Counted from the first letter of the stretch, positions 1 to 11,500 are shown. The stretch: DNA of 64,000 nucleotides from Dehalococcoidia bacterium (GCA_965204895.1 OZ242025.1:1604864-1668863), one strand, 5' to 3'. Numbers and translations: made by a program. The notes: generated from the letters alone by a model not told the origin.

Positions 1-2
1 CC

Positions 3-404
3 CTGGAGAGGATTCCCCGGGGCGGCATACCGGTCGAGAGCCTGACGGAGGCGGTGAAGGACACCCCGTTTGAGGGGGCGGCCAAGGCCGCCTCATGGGT
101 CTTCGCCGAGACCGGCAACTTTTTCCTCGATCACAACTACGAGGACGGGGCTTTCGACGGCTTCGCCGACCCCTGGGAGGACGAGATCATCGCCGAGGGC
201 ACGGAGGAGTGGCGCAAGGCCAACGCCCTGATGGACTCGGTGTGCAAGCTCAGCGACTGGCTGGAGGAGGACCTTCCGGCCCGGTTTGCCGAGATGCTGG
301 ACACCGTCCTGCCGCGAGTGCCCGAACAAGAACAAGGAAAGGAGGACGACGACCATGACGACAGACGTCGAGAAGACCGAGTGGTCCCTGCCGGGGCCGG
401 ATGA
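3..404 (+). CDS. C-terminal part of a probable PRTRC system protein F-like gene (5' end outside window)
   Basis: Frame is open from position 3 (LERIPRGG...). Acidic helical protein directly upstream of, and overlapping, the E2-like PRTRC-B gene. Call rests mainly on context. Confidence 0.5.
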   Translation: MERIPRGGIPVESLTEAVKDTPFEGAAKAASWVFAETGNFFLDHNYEDGAFDGFADPWEDEIIAEGTEEWRKANALMDSVCKLSDWLEEDLPARFAEMLDTVLPRVPEQEQGKEDDDHDDRRREDRVVPAGAG

Positions 405-1065
405 GATGCCCAGGGACAAACTGAACCTCCAGCTCGAGGTCTACGAGGAGACGCTCCTGCTGCGTGGGTTCGAGGGCGAGTCCGTCTGGGTCAGGACCGT
501 TTCGGCCGACGAGATTGCCAACGTGTTCACCCAGCACCTGGGCTTCTCCTCGGGGCTGCTGCCCCAGGACGCCCTCTGGTGGAACCAGGGCGAGACCGGG
601 CAGGTGGTGGCCCTCTGGAGGCCGCCGCAGGTCTGGCCCGTGGCCCTGCAACGGGAGGCGTTCAAGCCCCCCGCCCGGCTCCGGCTCCCCATGCCGGGGC
701 TGGTCTTCGTCTGCTCGCCGGGTCGCGCTCCCTGGGTCTACGCGGCCAAAGAGAGACCAAGCGACTCCGAGCAGATGCTCTACCGGATGCCCGCCTTCAA
801 CGTCTTCCGGGACGGGCGGGTCTGCCCCGGAAACCACCATTTCCCAGAGGAGGTGGGACGGATACCGGAGTCCTTCTTCCAGTCCTTCTTCTCCGGCACC
901 GGGGACACGCGGGAGCGGTCGAAGAAGCACCCCGACAACCTGCACGCGCTATGGGAGGAGCTTGATGGAAAGACTGAATACCCTGCTGAGGACCTTGTTC
1001 CCCAGTGCACGGTGGCCCAGGCTATCGCGGCCTCCCAGGGGAGACGGGGCTATGGCTACCGCTAG
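355..1065 (+). CDS. Prokaryotic E2 family D protein (PRTRC system protein B-like)
   Basis: GGAGG RBS at 341-345, ATG at 355. Motifs LPMPGLVF, WVYA, P-x-FNV-x-x-DGRVCPG (candidate catalytic Cys) and FF-x-S-x-F. Confidence 0.8.
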   Translation: MTTDVEKTEWSLPGPDEMPRDKLNLQLEVYEETLLLRGFEGESVWVRTVSADEIANVFTQHLGFSSGLLPQDALWWNQGETGQVVALWRPPQVWPVALQREAFKPPARLRLPMPGLVFVCSPGRAPWVYAAKERPSDSEQMLYRMPAFNVFRDGRVCPGNHHFPEEVGRIPESFFQSFFSGTGDTRERSKKHPDNLHALWEELDGKTEYPAEDLVPQCTVAQAIAASQGRRGYGYR

Positions 1066-1741
1066 CCAGACCCCGGCGCCGGTCGGCTATCTCGTCAATC
1101 ACAGGGACGGGCTGGCCGGGGTGCAAGGCGTCGGCTACGACTACGTTCTCGGATCGGGCGGCATCTACGTCCAGTCCGAGAGCGCCCACCTGACGTCCCG
1201 GGTCATGGTGGCCCCCTGCGAAGTGCGCGGGCTGGCTCCCGTCGCCGAGAAGGTGGAGCTTGCCCACGGCCCCATCCCTGCAGGGCTCTTCGAGCAGGGG
1301 CTGCGCTGGTTCCTAGACGACCCGGACACCGAGTTCTTCGTCGCCGTTCGCTGGGATGGGCGCTCCTACCGGCTGGTGGTTCCTGAGCAGGAAGGGACGG
1401 CCACGTCCCTCGAATACGTGCCGCCCGCCGGGGTGGTCGCGGAGTTCCACTCCCACGGACGCTCCCGCGCCTTCTTCTCCAAGACCGACGACGGCGACGA
1501 GCAGGGGTTCCGCATCTACGGCGTCGCCGGACGCCTCGACAAGTACCGGCCCGAGCTGCGTCTCAGGGTCGGCGTCTACGGTCACTTCGCTCCCGTGGAG
1601 TGGGCGCAGGTATTCGACGGCCCTCCCCCCGGCCTCCGGCTGGTGGGCGAGGAGTCGGACCCGGATGAAACGAGAGACAAGGAGGTGATCGAATGCCCTA
1701 CCACCTGGACAACGCTTTTCTGCTGGACAACCCCTGGATAA
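1052..1741 (+). CDS. JAB/MPN metalloprotease (PRTRC system protein A-like)
   Basis: ATG 1052 overlaps the upstream gene end. JAMM motif E...HSH-x7-S-x-x-D (EFHSHGRSRAFFSKTDDGDE) and RLRVGVYGHF tail. Confidence 0.85.
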   Translation: MATASQTPAPVGYLVNHRDGLAGVQGVGYDYVLGSGGIYVQSESAHLTSRVMVAPCEVRGLAPVAEKVELAHGPIPAGLFEQGLRWFLDDPDTEFFVAVRWDGRSYRLVVPEQEGTATSLEYVPPAGVVAEFHSHGRSRAFFSKTDDGDEQGFRIYGVAGRLDKYRPELRLRVGVYGHFAPVEWAQVFDGPPPGLRLVGEESDPDETRDKEVIECPTTWTTLFCWTTPG

Positions 1742-2499
1742 CCGTGGTCGGCTGCGGCGGGACCGGCGGCTTCGTCGCCGAGGGCCTCTGCCGCCTCTTC
1801 CAGGGGCGGGAGGCCACCATCGTCCTGGTCGACCACGACCGGGTGGAGCCCCACAACCTGCTGCGCCAGAATTTCTACGCCGGGGACGTGGGAAGGTTCA
1901 AGAGCGAGGCGCTGGCCGACCGGCTGACCAAAGCCTACCGGCGTGCCATCGGCTACTCGGTGTACCCGTTCCGTGAGTTCGACGACGACTCCCGCACCAC
2001 TAGGCACGGCTACCCCGGCCTCATCGACTACGGAGAGAGCCTCATCATCGGCTGCGCCGACAACGCCCTTGCGCGAAAGGCGATGGCCGAGTGCCTGCCG
2101 GGACACCCCGCCCGCTGGCTCATCGACGCGGGCAACGACACCAACTGGGGCCAGGTGCTGGTGGGCAACGTCTCCGGCCGGGTGGACTGGGAGGAGCCGC
2201 CCTTCGAGGGCGAGACCTGCTACCTGGCCCCGGCACCCACGCTCCAGCGGCCCGACCTGCTGACGGCGGTCTCGACGAGGCCGCCCGACGTGGACTGCGC
2301 GGCGGCCCTCGATCTCACCGACCAGGACCCGACCATCAACCAGATGATGGCGTCGCTGGTGCTACAGGTGGTCCGCCGCATGGTGGCGGGCACCTGCCCT
2401 TTCATGGCCCTGTACCTGGACATGGACCTGGGAACGGTCACGCCCACCTACGTCACCCCGGAGGCGGTGGAGCGGACGGTGGGGACCTACGCCGAGTGA
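1693..2499 (+). CDS. ThiF/E1-like adenylyltransferase (PRTRC ThiF family)
   Basis: VVGCGGTGG, DHDRVEPHNLLRQNF, GRFKS, IGCADN, WLIDAGN motifs and candidate catalytic Cys in VDCAAAL. Confidence 0.9.
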   Translation: MPYHLDNAFLLDNPWITVVGCGGTGGFVAEGLCRLFQGREATIVLVDHDRVEPHNLLRQNFYAGDVGRFKSEALADRLTKAYRRAIGYSVYPFREFDDDSRTTRHGYPGLIDYGESLIIGCADNALARKAMAECLPGHPARWLIDAGNDTNWGQVLVGNVSGRVDWEEPPFEGETCYLAPAPTLQRPDLLTAVSTRPPDVDCAAALDLTDQDPTINQMMASLVLQVVRRMVAGTCPFMALYLDMDLGTVTPTYVTPEAVERTVGTYAE

Positions 2500-2544
2500 T
2501 CGGCGCAAGCGAACGCAATCGGAGGACAAGGAGAGGAGAAAACA

Positions 2545-2931
2545 ATGTCTGACAAGAACGGAACCACCACCATCTGGCAGGACCCCAACAGCGGGCTCCG
2601 CAGGCACAAGCTGATGACGAAGGAGCTGGGAGACACCATCCCCGCCCTCTACGCCAACGAGAACGTCGAGGACTACGACAGCGTTCTCGCACCGGCCAAG
2701 CTGTTCTCCCCCTACACCGGCTGGACCTGGTACATCACCGAGTGGGAGGCGGAGACCGGCCTCTGCTTCGGCCTCGTCGAGGGGTACGAGACTGAGCTGG
2801 GGTACTTCTCGCTCGACGAGCTGGCGGAGGTCACCGTGTTCGGCGGCGTCCCCGCCGTGGAGCGCGACCTCTACTGGAAGCCGGCGACCCTCGGCGAGAT
2901 CAGGAGACGGGCGTCGGGAATCGCCGCCTAG
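2545..2931 (+). CDS. DUF2958-like protein
   Basis: KLFSPYTGWTWYITE...CFGLV...ELGYFSLDEL...ERDLYW pattern; strong RBS. Confidence 0.75.
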   Translation: MSDKNGTTTIWQDPNSGLRRHKLMTKELGDTIPALYANENVEDYDSVLAPAKLFSPYTGWTWYITEWEAETGLCFGLVEGYETELGYFSLDELAEVTVFGGVPAVERDLYWKPATLGEIRRRASGIAA

Positions 2932-2983
2932 CCAACTGCGCCCAAGAGCGCAGCGCGGAACCAAAGAAGGAAAGGAGAAGACT

Positions 2984-3523
2984 ATGCCAGACGAGAACGG
3001 AACGGACACAACCCGACCGGACGCTCCGGGCGCAGACGACGCCCTCTTCGGCGAGGCGGCGGACGACAAAACCGCCGCTGCCGCCGATGAGCAGGGCTCC
3101 GACGCAGAGAACGCGCAGGAGCAAGAGGCTTCCGGTGACGCCGGGGGGCAGGCTGCCGACGGCAAGGACGAACAGGACTCGCAGGGTTCCGAAGATGGTG
3201 AGGACGAAGCCGCCTCGACGGACGACCTGAAGGTGGTCGTGTCCATCAAAGGCGGCAGGGCCATCATCGGGGTGCAGCGGCCGGAGTCGGACCCGCACAT
3301 CGAGACCTTCGACGACCTGGACGAGCCGGGCCTGACGCAGGAGGTCCCGGCGGTGATCGAGAGGGCCAGGGTCAAGTGGGAGGATTCGCCCAAACATCCG
3401 GCCTACGAGAGGCCCGCTCCCCCGGCCAGGCGTCGGAACCGGCGCCAGCAGGGGTCGGCGCAGGAGGCTAACGCCGAGGCGGAGACTGAGCAACAGCAGC
3501 AGCAGACGCTGAGGCTGTTCTAG
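2984..3523 (+). CDS. Acidic protein, possibly PRTRC protein E-like, ending in QTLRLF
   Basis: Strong RBS (AAGGAG). Disordered acidic N-half, small beta domain, last gene before a terminator-like hairpin. Confidence 0.55.
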   Translation: MPDENGTDTTRPDAPGADDALFGEAADDKTAAAADEQGSDAENAQEQEASGDAGGQAADGKDEQDSQGSEDGEDEAASTDDLKVVVSIKGGRAIIGVQRPESDPHIETFDDLDEPGLTQEVPAVIERARVKWEDSPKHPAYERPAPPARRRNRRQQGSAQEANAEAETEQQQQQTLRLF

Positions 3524-3558
3524 GAGCCGGTCAGCCCAAGTAGCTGATCGCATGAGCA

Positions 3559-3598
3559 CGGGGGAGGCATGTCGCCGCAAGGGCGACGGCCTCCCCCG
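3559..3598 (+). terminator. GC-rich hairpin closing the PRTRC operon
   Basis: CGGGGGAGGC-atGTCGCC-gcaa-gGGCGAC-gGCCTCCCCCG stem-loop; no clear U-tract. Confidence 0.5.
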
Positions 3599-3688
3599 CC
3601 CGGACCCATATATGCGGGCTTTTGGCATTTCAGGCCGGTTGGCACCCATATGTGGAGTCTCTTGGCATTTAAGAAAGGGGAGGAATCG

Positions 3689-4063
3689 ATGATACTCAGC
3701 AACGATAACGGCAAGAAGAGATCGACACAGATCGAAAGGAGGTACGAAGCCGTGAGAAATGAAGTGTTCGAGCCGCACCTATTCAATGACGATGCGGCGG
3801 AAGAGAAGTCCTACTGCGGCAGGGACAACACCCGCGTCGAGCGAATGGGCGTTAGGGAATACGTGAACGAACGGCTGAACGCTAGCAGGCCCCGCGCCGT
3901 CTGCCCGGAATGCAAGGCCCTGGCGATGCCTCTCGTCGAAGTCAACCTCAACAACATGGCCGAGGACTTCGAGGACAAGGGCCGTTTGGGTGACGCGGAG
4001 GACTGCAGCAATCTGTTTGGCACAATGTCGAGGGAAATCGACGGGGAATCCTTCGGCCGGTAG
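3689..4063 (+). CDS. Hypothetical protein with a CxxC motif
   Basis: GGGGAGG RBS, ATG 3689, H...C...CPEC possible Zn site, hairpin plus T-run after the stop. Confidence 0.6.
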   Translation: MILSNDNGKKRSTQIERRYEAVRNEVFEPHLFNDDAAEEKSYCGRDNTRVERMGVREYVNERLNASRPRAVCPECKALAMPLVEVNLNNMAEDFEDKGRLGDAEDCSNLFGTMSREIDGESFGR

Positions 4064-4152
4064 AAGGACGGCCCATCCATATGTGGGCGCTTTTTGCGTT
4101 TGCGGAGTGTATGGCCGGGAGAACCGGCCATGTATGCAGCCCTTGTTGCGTT

Positions 4153-4893
4153 TCAATAAAAGGGCGACGCGACCTCAGGGTCCCCGCGCCAGGCGGCATC
4201 CAGCGCGTCGGGGATGTGTGCGTTGGTCAGCTCGCCTTTCCAGTAGGCGGCGCGCTCGGCCTTGGCGAGGCTGGCCGCCTGAACTTCCCATCCGGGGTTG
4301 GACTCCCGGATCGCGCGGGCGATGTCCGCGAGCGTCGCGCCCCGCGTGCAGAAGTCGTCGACGACGAGTACCAGGCCGGGATCGCCTCCGATGGAGGTAG
4401 CCAGGTACACCCCGTCCACGGTGGCGTCCCGCTCGGCCGCGGAGGCGATGCCGGTGAGTCTGGGATGCCGGTTCTTGGTTATGACTTCCGGGCGCCACTC
4501 CCAGGCGCGGGATCCTGCAAGCGCGCACGCCAGTCTCGACGTCGGCGTGTCGTATCCCACAACGATGTCCGCTGAAGAGACCGAGGAGACGACGACGACA
4601 CGCGGATTCCCGGCGGGGAGGAAGTCCTCGAACGCCGCACAGAACGTGCGGGTGGCCGCTTCGATGGCGCGGCGTTCGCCTCTTTTGAATCGATTGAAGC
4701 GGGCGGTCCACTTCTCGCCGGGCCGATCCGTGATGCGGAACCCGACCGTGAGCAGCCCCAAATCGCCGACCGGGAGTCGCTTGATCTCCATCAACCGGCC
4801 CATTACGCCGTAGTTGCCTGCGGCCTCCTCGCCAAACAGGCGGGCCGCGTAGGAGGACGGCGCTTCCTTTGCCGGTCCCGTTTCCTTGTCCAT
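4153..4893 (-). CDS. Type I phosphoribosyltransferase-fold (ComF-like) protein
   Basis: PRPP-binding loop VLVVDDFCTRGATL; AGGAG RBS before the ATG at 4893. Confidence 0.8.
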   Translation of the reverse strand: MDKETGPAKEAPSSYAARLFGEEAAGNYGVMGRLMEIKRLPVGDLGLLTVGFRITDRPGEKWTARFNRFKRGERRAIEAATRTFCAAFEDFLPAGNPRVVVVSSVSSADIVVGYDTPTSRLACALAGSRAWEWRPEVITKNRHPRLTGIASAAERDATVDGVYLATSIGGDPGLVLVVDDFCTRGATLADIARAIRESNPGWEVQAASLAKAERAAYWKGELTNAHIPDALDAAWRGDPEVASPFY

Positions 4894-4982
4894 GCGTTCT
4901 CCTCCTGTACGGTTCCCGTATACGACCCCAGTTGCAATGCGGCCAGCGGTCCCCCGCCGTCCCTGTGCGGCCCTCTTGCGTT

Positions 4983-5261
4983 TCAGGCGCTCGCGGCGGG
5001 GGCATGCGGCCCGGCCTCGTTCGTGAAGATGTGGCCGTGGCCCATGCTCCCGGCCAGTTCCACGAGGGCCCTCAGATGGTGCTTGTTGGGCCGGGCCCGG
5101 CCCTCCTTCCACCGCCATACGGTGTTGCGATAGGTCCCAAGACGGCGGGCGATCTCCGACCACGACAGCCCCGACTCCTCCCGGAACCGCTCCAGTCGTT
5201 GCGGGAAGTCGTCGGGGAGGGGGTGGGTGTCTCTGCTGTGGAGTATGCGCTGCCTCGGCAT
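4983..5261 (-). CDS. XRE/Cro-CI HTH transcriptional regulator
   Basis: FPQRLERFREESGLSWSEIARRLGTYRNTVWRWKEGRARP. Confidence 0.85.
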   Translation of the reverse strand: MPRQRILHSRDTHPLPDDFPQRLERFREESGLSWSEIARRLGTYRNTVWRWKEGRARPNKHHLRALVELAGSMGHGHIFTNEAGPHAPAASA

Positions 5262-5578
5262 GGAGCCAATCTCTTCTCGGTTTCCTCGCTGTTGACTGCA
5301 CCCGGGGCCGGGCTACCACCCTTTCTGCTTGCGCACGGGACGACTTCTCAAGGTGAGAGTTGCCCGCAGATGGAGAGCACCATGGCGGCCATCCCCGTGT
5401 CGGGACCGCCCGGCTATGCGATGGACGCCGGCATCGCTGGAGCCAACCGGGCTCCGGGCGAAATCACAGGCACTACGCATCGACGGCTTCGGCAGTCGAC
5501 GCGCGGTCACACGTACCTTGTAAACACCGGTACGGTCGGCGCCTTCCGAACCCCCGAGTTCCAACTCCAGCATCCGGT

Positions 5579-8500
5579 CTATTTGCCCGGGACCCCGTAC
5601 CTGTACACCATGCAGTCAGCCTGGTCGATGACGAACATGGTGGTCCCATCGGAGGTGATGCCCATGGGAGACTGGTTCTCCGGGTACAGTGTCACGTCCA
5701 GATTCGGGCGCCGGGCCCCGTCTTCGAGGTTGTAGGCGTACAGGATGCGGTCCAGGGAGTCGGCAAACCAGAGGGTGTCGCCATCGGTCCAGATTCCTAC
5801 GATAGACCCGCCGTAGTGATCGAAGAGTGCAGTCCTCTGCTCAGTTTGCGGGAAGTCTCTGTCCGGGAGGCGCTGCTGTGTTTCCCAATCGTAGGCGTAG
5901 ACCTTATCGTCCAAGATGTCCCCCACCCAGAGGATGCCATCGACCACCACCATTCCCATCGGGTGCTCATTATCCGATGCCAGCTCAAAGTCCTTTGACT
6001 CATCCCTCGTCCCATCCACGTATGCGCGTATATTCTGCCCATAGACAGCGACCCATATCGTCGTGCCGTCCGACCAGAGACCCGTCAGATCGTAGTCACT
6101 CTCGACTCCTGTGTCGAAGTCCGTGACCATCACGCCGGTCTCTATGCTGAAGCTCCGGATCCGGTTGGTTTGTGTGGTCTGGCTATAGTGGACGACGTAC
6201 AGGTTTTCTCCGTCCGTCCACGAGCCAAGAGACCAGTGCATCGGACATTCGTCGCCGCCACCCGTGGGCGTGATCGACGCGAACCGGGCGTCGACCAGCC
6301 AAGCCGTGGAAGACTCCGGATTCACCCTGGACATCCTGGTGGGCAGAGTGCCGAACTCCATCCTGACTCTCTCGTTGTCGTCGTCAACCTGGTCGTGTTC
6401 GGCTCTGAATCTGAAGGACTTCTCCGTCTCGCCAGGCTGGAAGGTCACGCTCGTGGGCAGAGAGTAGTCCTCGTTTGTGGCCCCGTCCAAATGCGCGGTG
6501 GTTATGGGGATTGTGACCGCGCGCTCCGGGTCCGCACTCAGAGTCACCTTCAATTCGACTTCTCGCCCCTCGGGCACGGTGAAGGTCTCCCGGTCGAATT
6601 CGACGGTGACAAACGGAAAGTCGTTGTCCAAGATGTTGATTACGGCCCATTCGTCGGCACCCTCGCTCACCCGCTCCGGCAGCGTGCCGAAAGCAATTTG
6701 GACGCTCTCGTCGTCGTCGTCAACGGTGTCGTCCTCGGCGGTGAAGGTGAATGACTTCTCCTTTTCTCCGGTATGGAAGGTAACGCTGGCCGGTATGCCG
6801 GAGTAGTCGGCCCCGGTATCGTCCTGGTCGGTGGCCCCGGCCTGGTTGGTTCGGATCAGCGGGATGGTCACGGTGCGTTCCGGGTCCTCATCCAATTTGA
6901 CGGTGACGATCACGGTACCGCCCTCGGGAACTTCGTAGGAGGTGTCGCTGAAGCTCACCTTTACCTCGGGGTCGTCGTCGTCCGTAATCGAGATGACGGT
7001 CATCGACGGGTTCTCCCTGTTTACGCGGTGGGGCAGGGCCCCGAAGGCGAGCTTCACGCTCTCGTCGTCGTCGTCCACTGTGTCGTGCTCGGCGGTGAAG
7101 GTGAAGGATTTCTCCATTTCACCGGTATTGAAGGTGACGTTTGCGGGGACACCGGAGTAGTCCGGGCTGGTGGCCCCATCCTGACCCGTGGTCGTGATGG
7201 GGATGACGACGGTGCGTTCGGGGTCGGCGTTGAGGATGACTTTCACCTCTATCTCGTTCTCCTGGTCGTCGGTGGTGGTCGAATCATCGCTCTCCGGCAC
7301 GATGTGGGAGGGCTGGCCGAACCTGACGGTGACGAACGGGTCGTCATCGTCGGTGATGTTGACGGTGGCCTCGTCGTCCGTGCCTGCCGTGACGGCGTTG
7401 GGAAGCATGCCGAATCCCAGCTTCACCTTCTCATCGTCGTCGTCGATCGTGTCCTGGGTGACTGAGAATGTGAATGTCTTCTCCGTGTCGTTCTCGCCGA
7501 AGGTGACGTTCGCCGGAACGTTCGAGTAGTCCGCCGACGTGGCCCCGTCCTCCTCCGTCTTCGTGATGGGGATGATCACCTGCCGCTCGGGTTTCTCGCT
7601 GAGTGTCACCTTGATCGTGACGTCGCTACCCTCCGTGGCGATGTACATAGTCTGCTCGAACTCCACGGTCACCGGAGTGTCCTCATCATCCGTGACGGTG
7701 ACGCTGACGGCGCTGATGCTGATTCCGTTGTAGTCGCTGTCAGTGGACGATGCCGAGTGTGTGACCGACCCCGTGTCGTCGAGGTGGTCTGAGTCATGCA
7801 GAGTCCTGACGGTGACCGTCTGATCCGTGTCCCAGTTGGAGGTGGTGAACGTGAGGGTGGTCTTGTTCACTTCGATGTCGGTGTTCAAGGGCGCGGTGAC
7901 GGTGACGGTGACGCTTGCGGTGGGCTGTGAGGACAGCCTGACCTTGTAGGCCCCGGAGCTTCCCTCGCCGATGGTGAGCGCTGCGGGAGAAACACTCACG
8001 CCCGCTCCGTCGTCGTCGATAATGTTCGCCGTGGCCTCGCCGGTGGTCCCTTCGGTGATCCTCGCGGGCAGGGACGAGCCGAAGCCGAGCTTGACCTTCT
8101 CGCCGTCGTCGTTGATGTCGTCGTCGTTGGCGGTGAAGGTGAAGGTCTTCTCGGTGTCGTTCTCGCCGAAGGTCAGGCTGGCGGGCACTCCAATATAGTC
8201 CAACGACGTCGCGCCGTCCTCCTCTGACTTGGTGATGGAGATGTCCACCGGCCGCTTGGGCGCGGCGCTCAGGACCACCTTGATCGCGACGCTGTTGCCC
8301 TCCGGAACGTTGTAGGTGGAGTGTTCGTAGCTGACCGTGATCTCCGGGTGGTCGTCGTCCGTGATGTTGACGGTGGCCTCGTCGTCCGTGCCCGCGGTGA
8401 CGGCGTTGGGAAGCGAGCCGAAGGAGAGCTTGACCTTCTCATCGTCGTCGTCGATCGTGTCCTGGATGGCCGAGAAGGTGAAGGTCTTCTCCCTGTCGTT

Positions 8501-11500
8501 TTCGCCGAAGGTGACGTTCGCCGGAACGTTCGAGTAGTCGGCCGAGGTGGCCCCGTCTTCCGTCCTGGTGATGGGGATGATCACCTGCCGCTCCGGGGGT
8601 GCGCTCAGGACCACCTTGATCGTGACGTCGCTTCCCTCCGTGACGTTGTACGTGGTCTGCTCGAACTCCACGGTCACCGGTTTGTCATCGTCGTCCGTGA
8701 CGGTGACATTCACGTCGTCGACGTCTATGCCGTTGTAGTCGATGTCGGAGGAGGTGACGGTGTGTTCAAGGGTTGCGGTGTCGTCGTCGAGGTGGTCTGG
8801 GTCATGCAGAGTCCTGACGGTGACCGTCTGTTCCGTATCCCAATTGGAGGAGGTGAAGACGAGGCTGTCATCGTCCACGGACACATCCGAGCTGCCCACG
8901 CGGTTGATTGTCACCGTGACGTCGTCAGTGGGCTGGGCTTTAAGGACCAGCGTGTAGGTATCGCTGTGACCCTCATCGATGTCCAGGGTGAGGGGCGAGA
9001 CGGCAACGGACGGAATGTCATCATCCCGCACGGTGACAGTGAACCTGGCCGGAGCCACAATGTCATAGCCGCCTCCCGATGCAGTGTTGGCGAGGACCAC
9101 AATGTCGTCCTCGTCATCGACGTCATGGGAGGTGTTGACGGTAACGGTCTGCCGGACGTTCCAGTCGTCCCCATCAAACGTGAGGCTGGAGGGAGTGACG
9201 GAAACATCGGTGCCCTGGGCGCCGGTAATCGTGACGGTCACCGTTTTGCCGGTTGTGGGCGGGTCGGACAGCGTCACGTAGTATTCGCCGCTTTCGCCCT
9301 CGTCGATGGTCCGGCCTGTGGGCGATAGGACAACACCCACGACGTTGATCTCCTGGACTGTGACCTCCACGTCGTCGATGGCCACGTCGTCATATCCTCC
9401 ACCCGAGGCTGAATGAGCCAGTGTCGCGGCGCCCCCGATGGCGCTGTGATTCACCTGCGTGGTGACGGTGACGTCCTGCTCGACATTCCAGTTGGACGTG
9501 GTGAACGTGAGGTTGGTTGGTTGAGCGGTGACGTCATCACTGCCCGTCCGGGTGATGTCTATGGTGACGTTGCCGGAGGGCGGGAACTCGAGCTTCACGC
9601 CGTATGTGGCGCCGACCGTGTCGCCCTCGAGAACGGTCAACGTGGTGGGTTCGACGATGACGCCGCGCCGTTCCTTGACGGTCACGGAGAGGTTGGACGG
9701 GGTCAGCGACGAGTAATCACCGCCGGATGAGGTGTGGGTCAGGGTGGCCATGTCGTCGTCGCCGTCGGCGTCGGTGGCCGCCGTCACCTTGACATCCTGG
9801 CGGGTGTTCCAGTTGCCCTGCGTGAAGGTGAGACTGGTCTTGTCCAGGGTCAGGTCCGTGCCGGAATGGCCGGCGATGGTTACGGTGACGGTGTCCGTGG
9901 GGCGGGTGTTGAGCCAGACGGAGTAGGTCGCGCCGTCCGAATCGCCTTCCTGGACGTCCAGGGTTCGGGCACTGAGGTTGACGCCCTTGTCGTTCTCCCT
10001 GACCCGGACCGTGACGTCGGGCAGCACGTGTGAGTCGTACAGCTTTCTTCTGGCCTTGTACCGCTCGACTTCCGGACTGCGCGCCTTGTGCGTCAGGACC
10101 ACGCGGTCGTCAACGGTATCGTCATCGGCGGCGGCGGTGATCGTGACCTCCTTTGGCGTATCCCAATCGTCCGGCGTGAAGGTCACGGTGGTGGGCACAA
10201 CGGTCAGGTCGCTGTCCTCCGGCAGTCCGATATCGATGTAGACATCCTCCGCCGGTTCCGAGACCATTTCGAGGCGATAGGTCACTCCGTCGGCGTCCTC
10301 CTCGGTGACCTCGATCTCGTTGGGGGTTATCGTGATTCCGGACGGATCGTCGTCTATGACGGCCACCCGATGCCAAATGCCACCAGTGCTGCCGAGGGAT
10401 ACTCCGACATTCGGTATCGTCCACCCGGACGCTGAACTCAGCCGCACGCCGAAGTCTTCATTCAGCTCGTAAATGTCGTCATCGAAAGCCCGTATCCGAC
10501 GCGTCAGGCTTGCGGTGTATCTCGCCGGCTCTCCTTCAGCCCGCGTGTAGTCTCTGGGGTAAAATACCATTTGATCTATAAAGAAAGTCCGGTCACGGAA
10601 TGTGGATTCCGGAAGGAGTTCCTGGTAAATCGGCGTTACGTTAGAAGTGTGAGTCCATTGCCCAGGGTAGATCGCGCTAGATAAGACGAACGGGTGCGCT
10701 CTGACCGGCGGATGTTCCGACCACCACACCAAGGTGACCGTGGCTTCCAGGGAACCTCCGTCTTCGGCCAGCACGTGGTCCGAGACCTCCAGTAACCCTT
10801 CGCTGTACGCGTTGTCCCTGATAGAGACGGTCACGTTGTGAGCCCCCACGCTGTTGGAGCCATAATCCGCGCCCGCCGCCACATTGGCGATCGTCGCGGT
10901 GTAGTCATCGCCGGTTCCTGGCGTGTCAACGCTGTGGGTGGTAATGGTCTGGAGAGTAATCCAGTTGGCCGGCGTGAAGGTCACCGTGACCGGCCCAACG
11001 CCAAGTACGCGCCACCTGAGGGGTGGCGTTCCGGTGACGGTGACGTCGCCGGTGGGCTGACTGGTGAGCGCCACGGAATAGGTGATCGGCGCGCCTTCAT
11101 CCGCCTGAATACTTACCGGACTGACGTACACGCCGCGCGGCGGCGTCGCGCCCAGGTCATCCATGTAGATCGTGATGTATCTTGGCGGTGTGCCTTCGAA
11201 TTCCCCTCCGCTGGCAGTGACTTTCAACGTAACCCTTTCGTCGTCGGTGTCCTGGTCCGGCGGTTCCGAGAAACGGACCGTCATGGTCAATGCGCCGGCA
11301 ATCGAATCCTCGGCTGGCCCGAATGAGGCAGTTGACGGGTACACCTGCAGGCTGGAGCCCTCCATGCCGGTGATGGTGATGGTCAGACCTGAAGTGGTCT
11401 CCGAGGTGACAATGCTAACCGTCCCGCCTGAGCTGTCGCCTTCAACTACGGTTAGGGTTTCCTTGCTCACGGTGAGGTAGCCGCCGCTGTTGTCGATCAG

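Noticed and set aside
5313-5573. 86-aa ORF between the adhesin and the XRE gene
   Set aside because: No recognisable motif; probably spurious or a relic.
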